From contig CAZUDQ010000004.1 of the NCBI GenBank assembly GCA_964619365.1, forward strand, positions 13,185 through 77,184: a stretch of 64,000 nucleotides of DNA. The letters run 5' to 3'. This document shows positions 37,001 to 46,349 of this stretch, one piece after another. The first letter of the stretch is position 1. The number at the start of each line of letters is the position of its first letter. The notes under the pieces are model-generated. The model was not told where the DNA came from, did not search any database, and was given only the letters and a program-made list of their open reading frames with translations. The position numbers and the translations under genes were made by a program. The DNA comes from an uncultured archaeon (GTDB taxonomy: Archaea > Altiarchaeota > Altiarchaeia > JAFGQM01).

Positions 37001-38840
37001 GGCTGTCTTTAACTTGGAATGTGGGAACAAAGGTGATATTAATGATGATGGTAAGATAGATGAAATAGACTTCACTATAATAAAACTAGCAGCAAATGGC
37101 CTTATATCAGAAGATGTAGTCGGAATTGAGTGTCTGGATGTGGATATAGATTCAAAAATAACTAAAGATGATGTTACGTGTCTAAGTGAATATTTCAACG
37201 GAGATATGGATGAGTGGATGCTTTGCCTTAATTGTGAAGAAAACTTACCTCCTGAGGCCTGGAGCACTCTTGAGATTTGCAATGACGGATATGACAACAA
37301 CTGTGATAACCTAAAAGATTTAGAGGACCCGATGTGTTCCTGCATAAATTCGACTTCATGTGATATGGTTTACGACACAGATCGCGGAGTTAATGTTGGT
37401 GTTGAAGATGATAAGTACGAAGTATGTCGCAGCGTCTCATGGGATGATCATAAGGGGTACACATGGTATGAATTTCCGTTCCCTCCAGAATGTGAAAAGG
37501 ATAATGAGTGTGAAACTTATTCTTGTGATGGGAATACCTGGCAATGCTCTACAGGCGAATGGTACAAGATAGCTCCAACCGATACTCTGCCCGGTGAGAC
37601 ATGTGGAGATGGCTGGGACAATGATTGTTCTGGCGGCGATGCAGCCTGTCCAAGCAGAGGCGGCGATGAGGTGCCGGATGGATGTCCCTTTATATACGCA
37701 TATGACGGCAAGAATTATGTCCTAGAGGCTGCAGGGTTTTCACTCGCATTAGCCAAGCCATTAGAAGGTTATAGCTATTCTGCCTTGCCGGATATGGCCC
37801 CAACAGAAAAAGGAACGTTAAACGTTTCGATAGCCCAGCAGCTTCCAGAGAAAACTCGTGTAAACACCATGCGCCTTTTTGCCATAAATCATTTGACTGG
37901 ACTTGAGATAGTCCCTGGGACACAAGGCGAGTTTTATACAATTTTAAATCCCGCCTCACCAGTCTCATGTCACGCAGTCCTTGCAGACGAGAATTGTCTA
38001 TCCGGAGTTTTGGAGCCCGAAGGCAAAACATATCTTTATAACTTGAGTACGCGTCCGTACCCATATGATTTTGATAAGAGTTTTGAATACATGGAACTTA
38101 CTTTTGACTTGCCCGAAGGCGCCAGTGAAGATGCAGTCATTATTTTAAAAGGAAAAGTTCAACACATGATGGTTTTTGCAACTTGGGCCATGTTTGAGAA
38201 TATGGGTAATGGAAACCTTGGCACCTTTGCAGTATCCTTTTTTACGGCCCTGCCCAGCTTCATTGACCGTAATGGTAAAGTCAAAGTAGACGTAGAACGC
38301 AACGGCAACTGGGAATTTGTAGGACATCAAATACTTGCACATTCAATAGCTGGCGACGCCGGGAAGATAGCAATACCCGTAAAGATTAACAAAGATTCAG
38401 ACGAGCTTAAAATCAGGCTAGGGTTTAGACAAGGTGGGTTTGAAATAGATTATGTCGCTCTTGACGCGTCAGGAAAAAGTCCAATAGAAGTCGAGGAACT
38501 TCCAATGCTAAGTGCAAAGAAAAATGATGGGAATGATGTCTTGGATGAGCTTCTAACAGACGATGACAAGTATGAGATCATAACACAAGGCGAGTGGATA
38601 GAAACTGAATTTGCACTCCCCGCACGTAATTCTGATTTACCAGAAACTTCATATGTTGTTTGGCCAAAAGGATATTTTACCTTTGAAATAGATTCGCAGT
38701 TTACTGTAGCACCCATGGACGTGTTTAGAACAGTTTTTGACGACAGTCTGATGCATGAATACGTGGCTAAGAACTATTTGCCAAATATTGAAGCTTTCAG
38801 GGACGTTTACTACTCAGTAGACATTGGAATAAACGACTAA
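34050..38840 (+). CDS. Giant (1596 aa) membrane-anchored surface protein with beta-sandwich, dockerin/EF-hand-like and Cys-rich repeats
   Basis: N-terminal TM; CGDALCDSTENCTTCPEDC; repeated GDxNxDxxIDxxD motifs; EICNDGYDNNCD and ETCGDGWDNDC; C-terminal GCPFIYAYDG domain. Confidence 0.8.
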   Translation: MSINDKLLPLLEKIHLAGFFEEKNIPPIAFPIGMIVLIGIIAFLLFSGGSSNVICGDALCDSTENCTTCPEDCGNCADSKKEFEGLPATKEVSVILTGAPIQSTLSVSLQDDSGTTLQGKTGKSSEFTFQIPTTANVVRAIVKNLDTGNAINSDFFSIEVGDPTIPVMIPSDFFDQGHEETATLIVSLKNAKTMTPISGKISIVLPSGSSYSVVETKQSTGGVASFSLEPGTYAVITEASAYSSYDNRNSPVTLSSGRTLSITAPMEPVTKTRTINFCAGQNAPIIAVYTSSGTLLSELTTDSFGCAEFEMDEGTTGYARAMALDPSCSSSDAMFSEDSSNSLVISVVCGDMVSQIRAEVIGLNNEVLTENATVNLFYEDGTRISGSGTAGALMPNGTATEYVHVDSTDTVYFVVTGVNGYLDFTSRKYEVLQGEAKTVKLNLIVAPEPKPEMEFRELYFPTTAIAGKEFKVSFQKALCNGEDVTATENFKVSFTGGNCSILGTTITYLPSVSHLGEQTIEIYNNDNADCIALIKKNISVFESGENPFEVIPYAITGLDAPVTVPFAITFNGTPILNDFDYILKAKYSEGGIALPEEPLLSEADEYLYTKIDSPFTGDHALEINLSKVVGDVYYAGSFEISNIRSYPRNQKIKIESTVSPRFPYPTEGFYVAIKLQAGSWIIKGLENVYAEFYSTTQKMYWNPASQIYSTSFEAPLSEGIFPVTFKVGGATLAEENVYVANTALERSSTCEIANCADINDVRACVYSHNKQSMHTTREVIGCFENGWGTVLSSEEFSLLHCTEDSASKGDWNNNCYLDTTGELSDRAILSEALSRLSEDELYSYLGCGDMDNDLDVDKDDLVCLTNVASGKWFGDTGTSSNSDICSSQLMGGFCFDIKTSSAIPGDFNNDKDIDSDDIELMQDIIRAVRSGVTPPSKLLAFADFNQDRTIGQIDLECLEKFKNVNFDSYEAYGQQVSFIPSECLAVFNLECGNKGDINDDGKIDEIDFTIIKLAANGLISEDVVGIECLDVDIDSKITKDDVTCLSEYFNGDMDEWMLCLNCEENLPPEAWSTLEICNDGYDNNCDNLKDLEDPMCSCINSTSCDMVYDTDRGVNVGVEDDKYEVCRSVSWDDHKGYTWYEFPFPPECEKDNECETYSCDGNTWQCSTGEWYKIAPTDTLPGETCGDGWDNDCSGGDAACPSRGGDEVPDGCPFIYAYDGKNYVLEAAGFSLALAKPLEGYSYSALPDMAPTEKGTLNVSIAQQLPEKTRVNTMRLFAINHLTGLEIVPGTQGEFYTILNPASPVSCHAVLADENCLSGVLEPEGKTYLYNLSTRPYPYDFDKSFEYMELTFDLPEGASEDAVIILKGKVQHMMVFATWAMFENMGNGNLGTFAVSFFTALPSFIDRNGKVKVDVERNGNWEFVGHQILAHSIAGDAGKIAIPVKINKDSDELKIRLGFRQGGFEIDYVALDASGKSPIEVEELPMLSAKKNDGNDVLDELLTDDDKYEIITQGEWIETEFALPARNSDLPETSYVVWPKGYFTFEIDSQFTVAPMDVFRTVFDDSLMHEYVAKNYLPNIEAFRDVYYSVDIGIND

Positions 38841-41191
38841 ATCTTTTTTATCTTAAGATTCTTGATTCTCCCGGTACCCTTGATATCCTCGATAAGTGGG
38901 GTAAGGAGCTCTGGTTCCTTTACTTCTATTTCAAGTTCGTCTAGCTCTGCCCCAAGACTTAGGTTGTTATCGCTCTTGTACTTCCGGATATAGTCAATCG
39001 CATCAATCATAGCTTCACAAGCTGCTTTTGCAGAGTCATCAATATTTGACTCATCAACTTCAGGGTATTTCTCCTGATGGATTGAATACTTACCGAAAAG
39101 TTCAGCGTATAATTCTTCAGTTATGTGTGGCGCGATAGGAGCAAGGAGCCTGAGAGATTTTTCAAGTGCGACATAAAGCGTATACTGCGCCGCACGCCGC
39201 GACTCTTCACCATATTCCTCAGGTTTATAAAGCCTGTATTTTACCATCTCGAGGTAGTAGTCGGCAAGGTCGTGCCAGATAAATGTTCGAATCCCTTGGA
39301 GAGGGACATTAAACGTTTTATTGTCAAAACCACGCCTTGCTTCGCGCGCTACTTCTTCAATCCGCGAAAGTATCCATTTATCGGTCATGCGAAGCTCTGG
39401 GACATCTGCCGTCGGGTCGAAATCCTCAAGATGCCCGGAGATGAATCTTGATACATTCCAGAGTTTGGTAAGGAACCTTCCTGAGTGTTCGCATTCATCC
39501 CATGAGAACTGGAAGTCTTCGCCTAAGGAACCTGATGCTGCCCACTGACGGATTGCATCCGCAGAGTATTTCTCAAGGACGGTTTCAGGCTCGATGACAT
39601 TGCCTAAGGACTTACTCATCTTCTTGCCATCAGGCCCTCCGACCATGCCGTTAATCATAAGCTCCTTAAAGCAGGGCTTGCCAGTTAAAATAAGATTGCG
39701 AAATATCGTGTAAAATGTCCAGGTCCTGATTATTTCATAGCCTTGTGAGCGCAATGATGCAGGATAAGTCTTACTAAAGAACTCTTCATCCTCATGCCAT
39801 TTTGTTATTGTAAGTGGTGACATTGACGAATCAACCCAGCAGTCACAGACGTCAATCTCTCCGTGGGCAACACCGCCGCACTCGCAGTCTTTTGTCGTCC
39901 CCCGCGGGTCTACCGGAAGTTCGTCTATTGTAGCAGGAATCGCTTTTTTGCACCTGTCACAAACCCAAAATGGGATGGGTGTTCCAAAGACTCTTTGACG
40001 TGAGATTATCCAGTCCCAGTCCATAGCCTCAGTCCAGTCTTTCAAGCGACCTAACATGTACTCCGGGCGCCAGTCCATAGTGTCTGCCGCGTCTTCAATA
40101 TCTTTAAGAGAATCCTTGATTTTTATGAACCACTGTTCGGTCGGAAGGAGTTCAATCGGGTTGTTACACGAGCTCCTTTCAGTATGGCATAAGACGTTGT
40201 GTTGGTATTCCTCAACTTTCCTTAGACAGCCAAGCTTTTCAAGTTCTTCAGCGACATGTTCGCGCGCGTCTTTTAGCTTCATTCCAGCAAGCATACCGCA
40301 CGCTTCAGTCATCTTGCCATATGGGGTTATAGCGATTATAACGGGGAGCTTGTATTTCTTCTGCCAGCGGATGTCTTGCTCATCACCAAAAGTACAAAGA
40401 TAGACAACACCCGTTCCAAACTCCATATCGACGTCTTCATCAGCAATGATGGGTACGCGGTTGCCAAATATTGGCATTGTCGCTTCCTTTCCGACAAAGC
40501 TTTTGTAGCGAGAGTCTTTGGGGTTAACAAGAACTGCAACGCATGCAGGCATCATCTCTGGACGACTTGTTCCGATTGTGAATTTGTGCCCACCTTCAAC
40601 TGCGATATCAATATGATAAAGTTTGCCGGTGCCTTCAATATGACCTACTTCAGCCTTTGCTAGAGCAGTCCCACATTTTGTGCACCAGAGCACCGGATGC
40701 TTCTCACGGAAAAGGAGATCTTTTTCATAGAAATCAAGCAGGCTCTTTTGAACGCGGAGTTTGTAGGAATCATCCATGGTTCTATACGAATGTTCCCAGT
40801 CCGTGCTGTAACCAAGGCTCTTAAACTGAGATTTCATGCGAGTGATAGCTTTTTCAGTCCAGTCGCGGCAGGCAAGAAGGAACTCGTCCCTGTTTTGCTT
40901 CTTTACCTTCATTTTCTTTTCAACGGCAAGCTCTGTTGGAAGGCCGTGACAGTCAAAGCCCTGTGGGAGAAGGACAGAGTGCCCTGTCATGCGCTTATAC
41001 CTTGCGACAAAGTCAATCCATGCGTGATTATAAACGTGACCTAAGTGAAGGCTTCCTGAGGTAAACGGCGGAGGCGTATCGATAGAATACACAGGAAGCT
41101 CGCTTTTGACATCAAACTTATAGATGCCGTCAGCTTCCCACTTATCCTGCCACTTCTTCTCAATCTCCGTCCCGAACCTTTTTGGAAGCAT
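38837..41191 (-). CDS. valS: Valine--tRNA ligase
   Basis: IDTPPPFTSGSLHLGH, FGTGVV..CTFGD, WDWIISRQRVFGTPIP, QGYEIIRTW, KMSKS; start at MLPKRF. Confidence 0.97.
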   Translation of the reverse strand: MLPKRFGTEIEKKWQDKWEADGIYKFDVKSELPVYSIDTPPPFTSGSLHLGHVYNHAWIDFVARYKRMTGHSVLLPQGFDCHGLPTELAVEKKMKVKKQNRDEFLLACRDWTEKAITRMKSQFKSLGYSTDWEHSYRTMDDSYKLRVQKSLLDFYEKDLLFREKHPVLWCTKCGTALAKAEVGHIEGTGKLYHIDIAVEGGHKFTIGTSRPEMMPACVAVLVNPKDSRYKSFVGKEATMPIFGNRVPIIADEDVDMEFGTGVVYLCTFGDEQDIRWQKKYKLPVIIAITPYGKMTEACGMLAGMKLKDAREHVAEELEKLGCLRKVEEYQHNVLCHTERSSCNNPIELLPTEQWFIKIKDSLKDIEDAADTMDWRPEYMLGRLKDWTEAMDWDWIISRQRVFGTPIPFWVCDRCKKAIPATIDELPVDPRGTTKDCECGGVAHGEIDVCDCWVDSSMSPLTITKWHEDEEFFSKTYPASLRSQGYEIIRTWTFYTIFRNLILTGKPCFKELMINGMVGGPDGKKMSKSLGNVIEPETVLEKYSADAIRQWAASGSLGEDFQFSWDECEHSGRFLTKLWNVSRFISGHLEDFDPTADVPELRMTDKWILSRIEEVAREARRGFDNKTFNVPLQGIRTFIWHDLADYYLEMVKYRLYKPEEYGEESRRAAQYTLYVALEKSLRLLAPIAPHITEELYAELFGKYSIHQEKYPEVDESNIDDSAKAACEAMIDAIDYIRKYKSDNNLSLGAELDELEIEVKEPELLTPLIEDIKGTGRIKNLKIKKI

Positions 41192-41318
41192 TTTAATAGT
41201 TAGAATCAATCCTTGCATGTACAAGAAAAGAAATCGTAAATTTTGAACCTTTGAATTAAAATACTGTTTTCCCGCTAAGCAGGTTTTATATAACAAAACA
41301 TAATCTAAACCGCTAAAA

Positions 41319-41918
41319 ATGGAAAAGAACATTATGATTGTAATGGGAGCCGTTGTGATTGTGGCAGTAGTAATTGCTGCAGTTTTACTAATGGGTTCTG
41401 GAACGACACCAACACAGGATAAGCCGATACTAATAGAGAAAACGACACCAGCTGAGAAGCTGACTCCAACAACTACACCAGAAAAAAACGAGTCGGACGA
41501 CAATATCCCAGAAGAGCCTCAGACAGTTGAAGGATGCAAAAAATTAGGTGAAGTCAACCTAACAAATGCGTGCCTTAGTGTTGTTGCAATGAAAGAAAAA
41601 AACGCGACAATATGTGAGATGGTAAGCACTGATTGGCAGTCTGAGTGTTATCAGAACGTGGCCCACATGTTTAAGGATAACATTACAAAGTGTAAAGGAA
41701 TGACTGACAATACAACAGAGTCCTGTCTTGAACTTCTTGCAATGAAGACAAAAAACCCATATATCTGCACTGAAATCTCAGAGAAATGGCAAAACGAGTG
41801 TTACAATAATGTTGCAGTCGCATCAAAAGACGCTATAATCTGCGGGGAAGTCAAAGGTGACAACTGGCTTATGAATTATTGCAAGGCATACATTGCAAAC
41901 GAAACTAAGTCTAGTTAA
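41319..41918 (+). CDS. Membrane-anchored Cys-repeat protein
   Basis: N-terminal TM, Thr/Pro linker, repeats of C...VA..K...IC..I...Q.ECY. Confidence 0.75.
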   Translation: MEKNIMIVMGAVVIVAVVIAAVLLMGSGTTPTQDKPILIEKTTPAEKLTPTTTPEKNESDDNIPEEPQTVEGCKKLGEVNLTNACLSVVAMKEKNATICEMVSTDWQSECYQNVAHMFKDNITKCKGMTDNTTESCLELLAMKTKNPYICTEISEKWQNECYNNVAVASKDAIICGEVKGDNWLMNYCKAYIANETKSS

Positions 41919-41930
41919 TAATTTAGTTTA

Positions 41931-41949
41931 GGCAGGTTTTTTACCTGCC
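41931..41949 (+). terminator. Stem-loop downstream of the Cys-repeat gene
   Basis: GGCAGGT-TTTTT-ACCTGCC, 12 nt after the stop codon. Confidence 0.45.
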
Positions 41950-42033
41950 AACTCCCATTTTATTTCTAAATTTTCAACTTAGAACCTAGCTAAAAACACT
42001 TTTATTCTTAGAGCGCCAAAGAGGGGGACACAA

Positions 42034-43437
42034 ATGGATTTTGAAGGTTTCTGGAACAAGTGCAAGAGTCTCGCGGGGCAACTCAAAAAAGAAAAGAAGA
42101 TAACTGTCATCGGGCACTATGACGCTGACGGTATTGCCTCAACAGCGATAATGGTAAAAGCCCTGCGCCGTGCAAATATTGAGACAGATTTCATAAACAC
42201 ACGCCAAATAGATGCGGCTCATATTAGTGAAGTCAATTCTACTGATTCTCCAACCGTCCTTTTTGTTGACATGGGTTCGGGACAGCTTGACTTTCTTCAG
42301 GCAGAACTCAAAAAAGAGCGTTTTTATATAATTGACCACCACCCCCCAGTCCGGGAAACTGACAACCAGGTAAACCCATTCTTTTATGGAATCAACGGGA
42401 CAACTGAACTTTCTGCAACAGGCGCCTGCTACTTTGTGGCAAAAGCAATGGACGAGAAAAACATGGACTTATCGCCTATCGGCATTGTCGGCGCCGTCGG
42501 CGATATGCAAGACCTTCATGGAGGCCTTAAGGGGGCGAACAGAAAGATACTAGCTGACGCTGAGTCAATAGGATATTGTGACTCCGAGCGCGGCCTTAAG
42601 CTTTTTGGAAAGCAATGCAGGAGCCTTCCAAAGATGTTAGAATATTGTTCTGAACCACTCCTTCCAGGACTCACAGGAAATTATATGGCATGTGTTAATT
42701 TTATCAAATCCAAAGGAATTCTGCTAAACGACCCTGCAAGTGGCGAACCGAGGCGGTATTGCAACCTTTCCCACGAAGAAAAAAAAGCTCTGACAAGCGC
42801 TCTTTACATGCTTCTTTTAGACCATAACGCGACTCATCTTGTAACTGATATGCTAATTGGCGAAGTCTATGAATTCCCAAAGGAAAAAAATGGTTCAGAG
42901 CTGCGCGATGCAAAGGAGTTTGCAACAGTTCTTAACGCTTGCGGGCGTCATGACAAAGGAGAAGTCGGGGTTACTGTATGCATGGGTGATCGCTCGCGCG
43001 CCTGGTCTGATGCGGCAACACTTCTTGAGCGACATAGAAAAGAGCTTAGGGAAGGCATCGAATGGATTAAGGAAAATGGACTTGAGGAGTTCCCCCACAT
43101 GTATTTCTTTGATGGGTCAGGTGCCATAAAAGAGACCTTAGTGGGTATCATTGCCGGAATGAGTTATGGTGCGATGCCAATATCCCAAAACAAGCCGATA
43201 ATCGCGATGGGTGAAACTGATGAAGGCGAGATAAAGATATCAGGACGTGGCAATAAAGACCTTGTCAAGCGCGGCTTAAAATTAGGGCAAGCCTTAAGGA
43301 ACGCAACCCAGCCACTTGGTGGAGATGGTGGTGGACACGATGTTGCCGCAGGAGCAAAAATCCCGTCCGGGAAAAAAGAAGAGTTTAAAGTGGCAATTGA
43401 TGCTGAAATAGCAAAACAGATAGGTGAGAGCAAATAA
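42034..43437 (+). CDS. RecJ-like DHH/DHHA1 nuclease (GAN/Cdc45-related archaeal family)
   Basis: HYDADG, FVDMGSG, IIDHH, GAVGD, EFAT.LNACGR, SGR, GGGHDVAAGA. Confidence 0.9.
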   Translation: MDFEGFWNKCKSLAGQLKKEKKITVIGHYDADGIASTAIMVKALRRANIETDFINTRQIDAAHISEVNSTDSPTVLFVDMGSGQLDFLQAELKKERFYIIDHHPPVRETDNQVNPFFYGINGTTELSATGACYFVAKAMDEKNMDLSPIGIVGAVGDMQDLHGGLKGANRKILADAESIGYCDSERGLKLFGKQCRSLPKMLEYCSEPLLPGLTGNYMACVNFIKSKGILLNDPASGEPRRYCNLSHEEKKALTSALYMLLLDHNATHLVTDMLIGEVYEFPKEKNGSELRDAKEFATVLNACGRHDKGEVGVTVCMGDRSRAWSDAATLLERHRKELREGIEWIKENGLEEFPHMYFFDGSGAIKETLVGIIAGMSYGAMPISQNKPIIAMGETDEGEIKISGRGNKDLVKRGLKLGQALRNATQPLGGDGGGHDVAAGAKIPSGKKEEFKVAIDAEIAKQIGESK

Positions 43438-43487
43438 CGCTTTTATTGTGCGCCAAGTTAAGAAACAAAGATTTAATAGAATAAAAA

Positions 43488-43865
43488 ATGGCAGGAAAGA
43501 ATCCTCAGGGTCAAAATGCATCAGGAGTTATAATGATGTTTCTCATATTCTTTTCGACATTCATGTTGATTTCTCTTTTTATCGGCTTACTTTTCCCCAT
43601 TGAAGACGAAGCTCTGATTGAAGAGGGGCTTAACAAGACTGGAGAACATAATCTATCAACGATAGGTCAGATTGAGGCTGAATTTGGTGTGGAGAACCTT
43701 TCTTCAGAAAGCGGTCTTGAGAACACAACCCAGGTAATTGTGATAAATAAGACAGTTGAAGTCACCCCGGAGCGCGCCGAGACAAGTATATTAGCAATAA
43801 TTCTGATAGCAGCCTTCATGTTACTTGTGGCCGTATATATCTCAAAAGACAGCAAGAAGAAATAA
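43488..43865 (+). CDS. Hypothetical two-TM membrane protein
   Basis: TM segments at both ends with an acidic loop carrying N-x-T/S sequons. Confidence 0.6.
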   Translation: MAGKNPQGQNASGVIMMFLIFFSTFMLISLFIGLLFPIEDEALIEEGLNKTGEHNLSTIGQIEAEFGVENLSSESGLENTTQVIVINKTVEVTPERAETSILAIILIAAFMLLVAVYISKDSKKK

Positions 43866-43940
43866 ATGTTGCTTATCCTGTACCGATTCCTTAAGCAACC
43901 ATTAGTTCGAATTTATTAAAGTTGCCAGCTTTAATTTAAC

Positions 43941-44828
43941 ATGTTAGAGTCTGTTATATCTCCCTGTTGTGCAGAAAAAAATCCCTGGGACATGATTATT
44001 CTTGCAATAATCCTCTCAACAATAGGCATATTCTGTGGGCATTACCTTTCGCCCCTACTTGGCGTTCCTGCAAGCATGCTTTCCCTTGCAATAACTGTCA
44101 TGGCTCTTGCTCCTTTGATACACAGACTTATTGTGATGGATGAGCGAGTTGAGGAGGATGCCGACCATTCTTCAGTCTTTGGTTTTGTCACAAGGCATAT
44201 AGACATAATAATGGTTTATTCCTTTATATTTATTGGTCTTCTTTGCTCATTTTGTTTCTGGTATGTCTTCTTACCGCCATCAACCACAGATTTTCCAAGT
44301 GCAGAAGGGATTTTTGGCGAACAGGAACTCTCGGTGGGGGCAGTGCGCCAAAAGATTGCAACAAGCGTTCCAACCGCAAAGGCAATATCCACAAATGCCA
44401 TACTTGAAAATAAGATGAGTAATTATGTCGCAAACAATCTGTGGGTAATGGCGCTATGTTTTGCATCTTCGCTTCTTTTTGGTGCAGGAGCCCTCTGGAT
44501 AACAACATGGAACGCCTCAACAATAGGTGTAGCAGTCGGCGCAAGCATCAATTCGGCAACAGCTGCAGGGGCAGACAAGGTGGCGGCTTTTGCAACAGGC
44601 TTTCCGACACTTACTTTAGGTATGGCGGCATGGGCGATACCTGAGATACTTGCATACCTTCTTGCAGGAATCGGAGGGGGTATTTTAGCTGCTGCCGTAA
44701 TCCGCCACAACTTCAAGGACGAAAAATTCATAATTGCCGCATTTGACGGCTTAGTCTTCCTTCTTTTAGGCTTTGTGTTGGTGATTGTTGCGGCACTCGT
44801 CGAAACATACTTACCTACAATGGTTTAG
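43941..44828 (+). CDS. SpoIIM/DUF95 family membrane protein
   Basis: NNLWV..F..SLLFGAG..WNAS.IG, IPEILAY..AGIGGG, AALVE. Confidence 0.8.
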   Translation: MLESVISPCCAEKNPWDMIILAIILSTIGIFCGHYLSPLLGVPASMLSLAITVMALAPLIHRLIVMDERVEEDADHSSVFGFVTRHIDIIMVYSFIFIGLLCSFCFWYVFLPPSTTDFPSAEGIFGEQELSVGAVRQKIATSVPTAKAISTNAILENKMSNYVANNLWVMALCFASSLLFGAGALWITTWNASTIGVAVGASINSATAAGADKVAAFATGFPTLTLGMAAWAIPEILAYLLAGIGGGILAAAVIRHNFKDEKFIIAAFDGLVFLLLGFVLVIVAALVETYLPTMV

Positions 44829-44876
44829 GGTGCAGTTTTTCAGTATATATTAATTAAGCGTAAAATATAGCGAAAA

Positions 44877-45446
44877 ATGGGAAAAATCATCATTCTTGAT
44901 AACGGCGGCCAGTATGTACACAGGATATGGCGCAGCCTTCGGGAAATCGGCCAGGAGTCTGAGATAGTACCCCGGGACAAAATAATGGATAAGCTTCACA
45001 GCGAAAAGCCAATAGGCCTAATCCTTTCTGGCGGTCCGACATCAGTTTATAACGATGACCTTGGACTCTCAAAAGAGCTGCTCTCACTTAATATACCAAT
45101 TCTTGGTATCTGCTGGGGCCACCAGTTCATCGCGCATTCCCTTGGTGGAAAAGTAGAATATGGCGACAAAGGTGAATATGGCCACTCAGAGATATTTGTC
45201 GATACTGAAGACACTATACTTAAAGGCATGCCCGAAAAATTCCAGGCGTGGGTATCCCACAGAGACGAAGTTGTAAGCCTCCCCAAAGATTTTCTCCCTC
45301 TTGCCCATTCAGAGCGCTGTAATATAGAGGCTATGTCGTGTGAAGAAAAGCGCATGTACGGCGTTCAGTTCCACCCAGAGGTTTTTCACACCGAAAACGG
45401 TAAACTCATACTTAGTAATTTCACAGATGTCTGCAAGAATGGCTGA
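44877..45446 (+). CDS. guaAA: GMP synthase, glutamine amidotransferase subunit A
   Basis: DNGGQY.HRI, ILSGGP, PILGICWGHQ, SHRDEV, GVQFHPEV.HT. Confidence 0.92.
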   Translation: MGKIIILDNGGQYVHRIWRSLREIGQESEIVPRDKIMDKLHSEKPIGLILSGGPTSVYNDDLGLSKELLSLNIPILGICWGHQFIAHSLGGKVEYGDKGEYGHSEIFVDTEDTILKGMPEKFQAWVSHRDEVVSLPKDFLPLAHSERCNIEAMSCEEKRMYGVQFHPEVFHTENGKLILSNFTDVCKNG

Positions 45447-46014
45447 AGATAACAAAGACTTAATTGATCTTCTTGACAAGCTTAAGAAGATGGGTCCTGA
45501 GGACGAAAAGCAAGAAGACTCGGTCGCGCCAAAGGAAATTGTCCCTAAAAACGATAAGGACGATGATTTAGATATAGCCACAATAGAAAGCCTCCTTCCC
45601 CCTCCAATGAAAAAAGAGGAGTCAATAGAACCTGACATAAAAAAAGTAGTAAAAGAAGCGCAAAAAGCCGAAAAGAAAATGGAGGCGGCTCAAGAAGTCC
45701 TTGAAAATGTCGAAAAAACCGAGAAAAACGCCCAAAAAACAATAGGCAAAGATGTAACAAAGCCAAAAGGTGGCGACATACTCACAGATGACATAAAAAA
45801 GAAGATTGAGGCAATAGAATCCGACATCAGGACAAAAGAGGATAAGATAAACATTGACCTTGAAAAACTTGATGCCCTTCTTGAGGCTCTAGCCGAGCGC
45901 GAGGGCGAGATGCTTGAACATGAAAAGATGCTAAAAGAAAAGGACGAACTTCTCTCAAAACAGCTTTCTGACATGCGCAAGATTCGCGAGGAATTATCAA
46001 CAGTCCTAAAATAG
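45439..46014 (+). CDS. Hypothetical coiled-coil protein
   Basis: Glu/Lys-rich heptads; ATG 45439 overlaps the end of the guaAA gene. Confidence 0.6.
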   Translation: MAEDNKDLIDLLDKLKKMGPEDEKQEDSVAPKEIVPKNDKDDDLDIATIESLLPPPMKKEESIEPDIKKVVKEAQKAEKKMEAAQEVLENVEKTEKNAQKTIGKDVTKPKGGDILTDDIKKKIEAIESDIRTKEDKINIDLEKLDALLEALAEREGEMLEHEKMLKEKDELLSKQLSDMRKIREELSTVLK

Positions 46015-46349
46015 TTAAATACAGCGGCGATTGTTGCTCTAAAAAACATGGGTTCGATAGGGGTTTTTATAGGCTCTTTATCTAATATAAACACCCCAAC
46101 TGGAGAATTGGTTAATCAAAAACACCTAAAAAAAGCCACAAAAACACTAAGCTTTTTATAGGATGAACGATTAACTTACACGTTCAAATTGATGGCCCGA
46201 ACATCATGTAACCGAGCTGCAAAGGCAGTAGCCACGACTCACGGCGTTTTCGTTGCAGTAGTTCAGACGTCAAAAAGAGCATCAGATATCATGTTTTATG
46301 GGCATTTTGCCTCGTTATCTATATAAGAACCAAAATTTTGGTAAAAAAA

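Noticed and set aside
41192-41503. 104-aa N-terminal extension of ValS
   Set aside because: It is the antisense of the gene at 41319 plus intergenic DNA; ValS similarity starts at MLPKRF.
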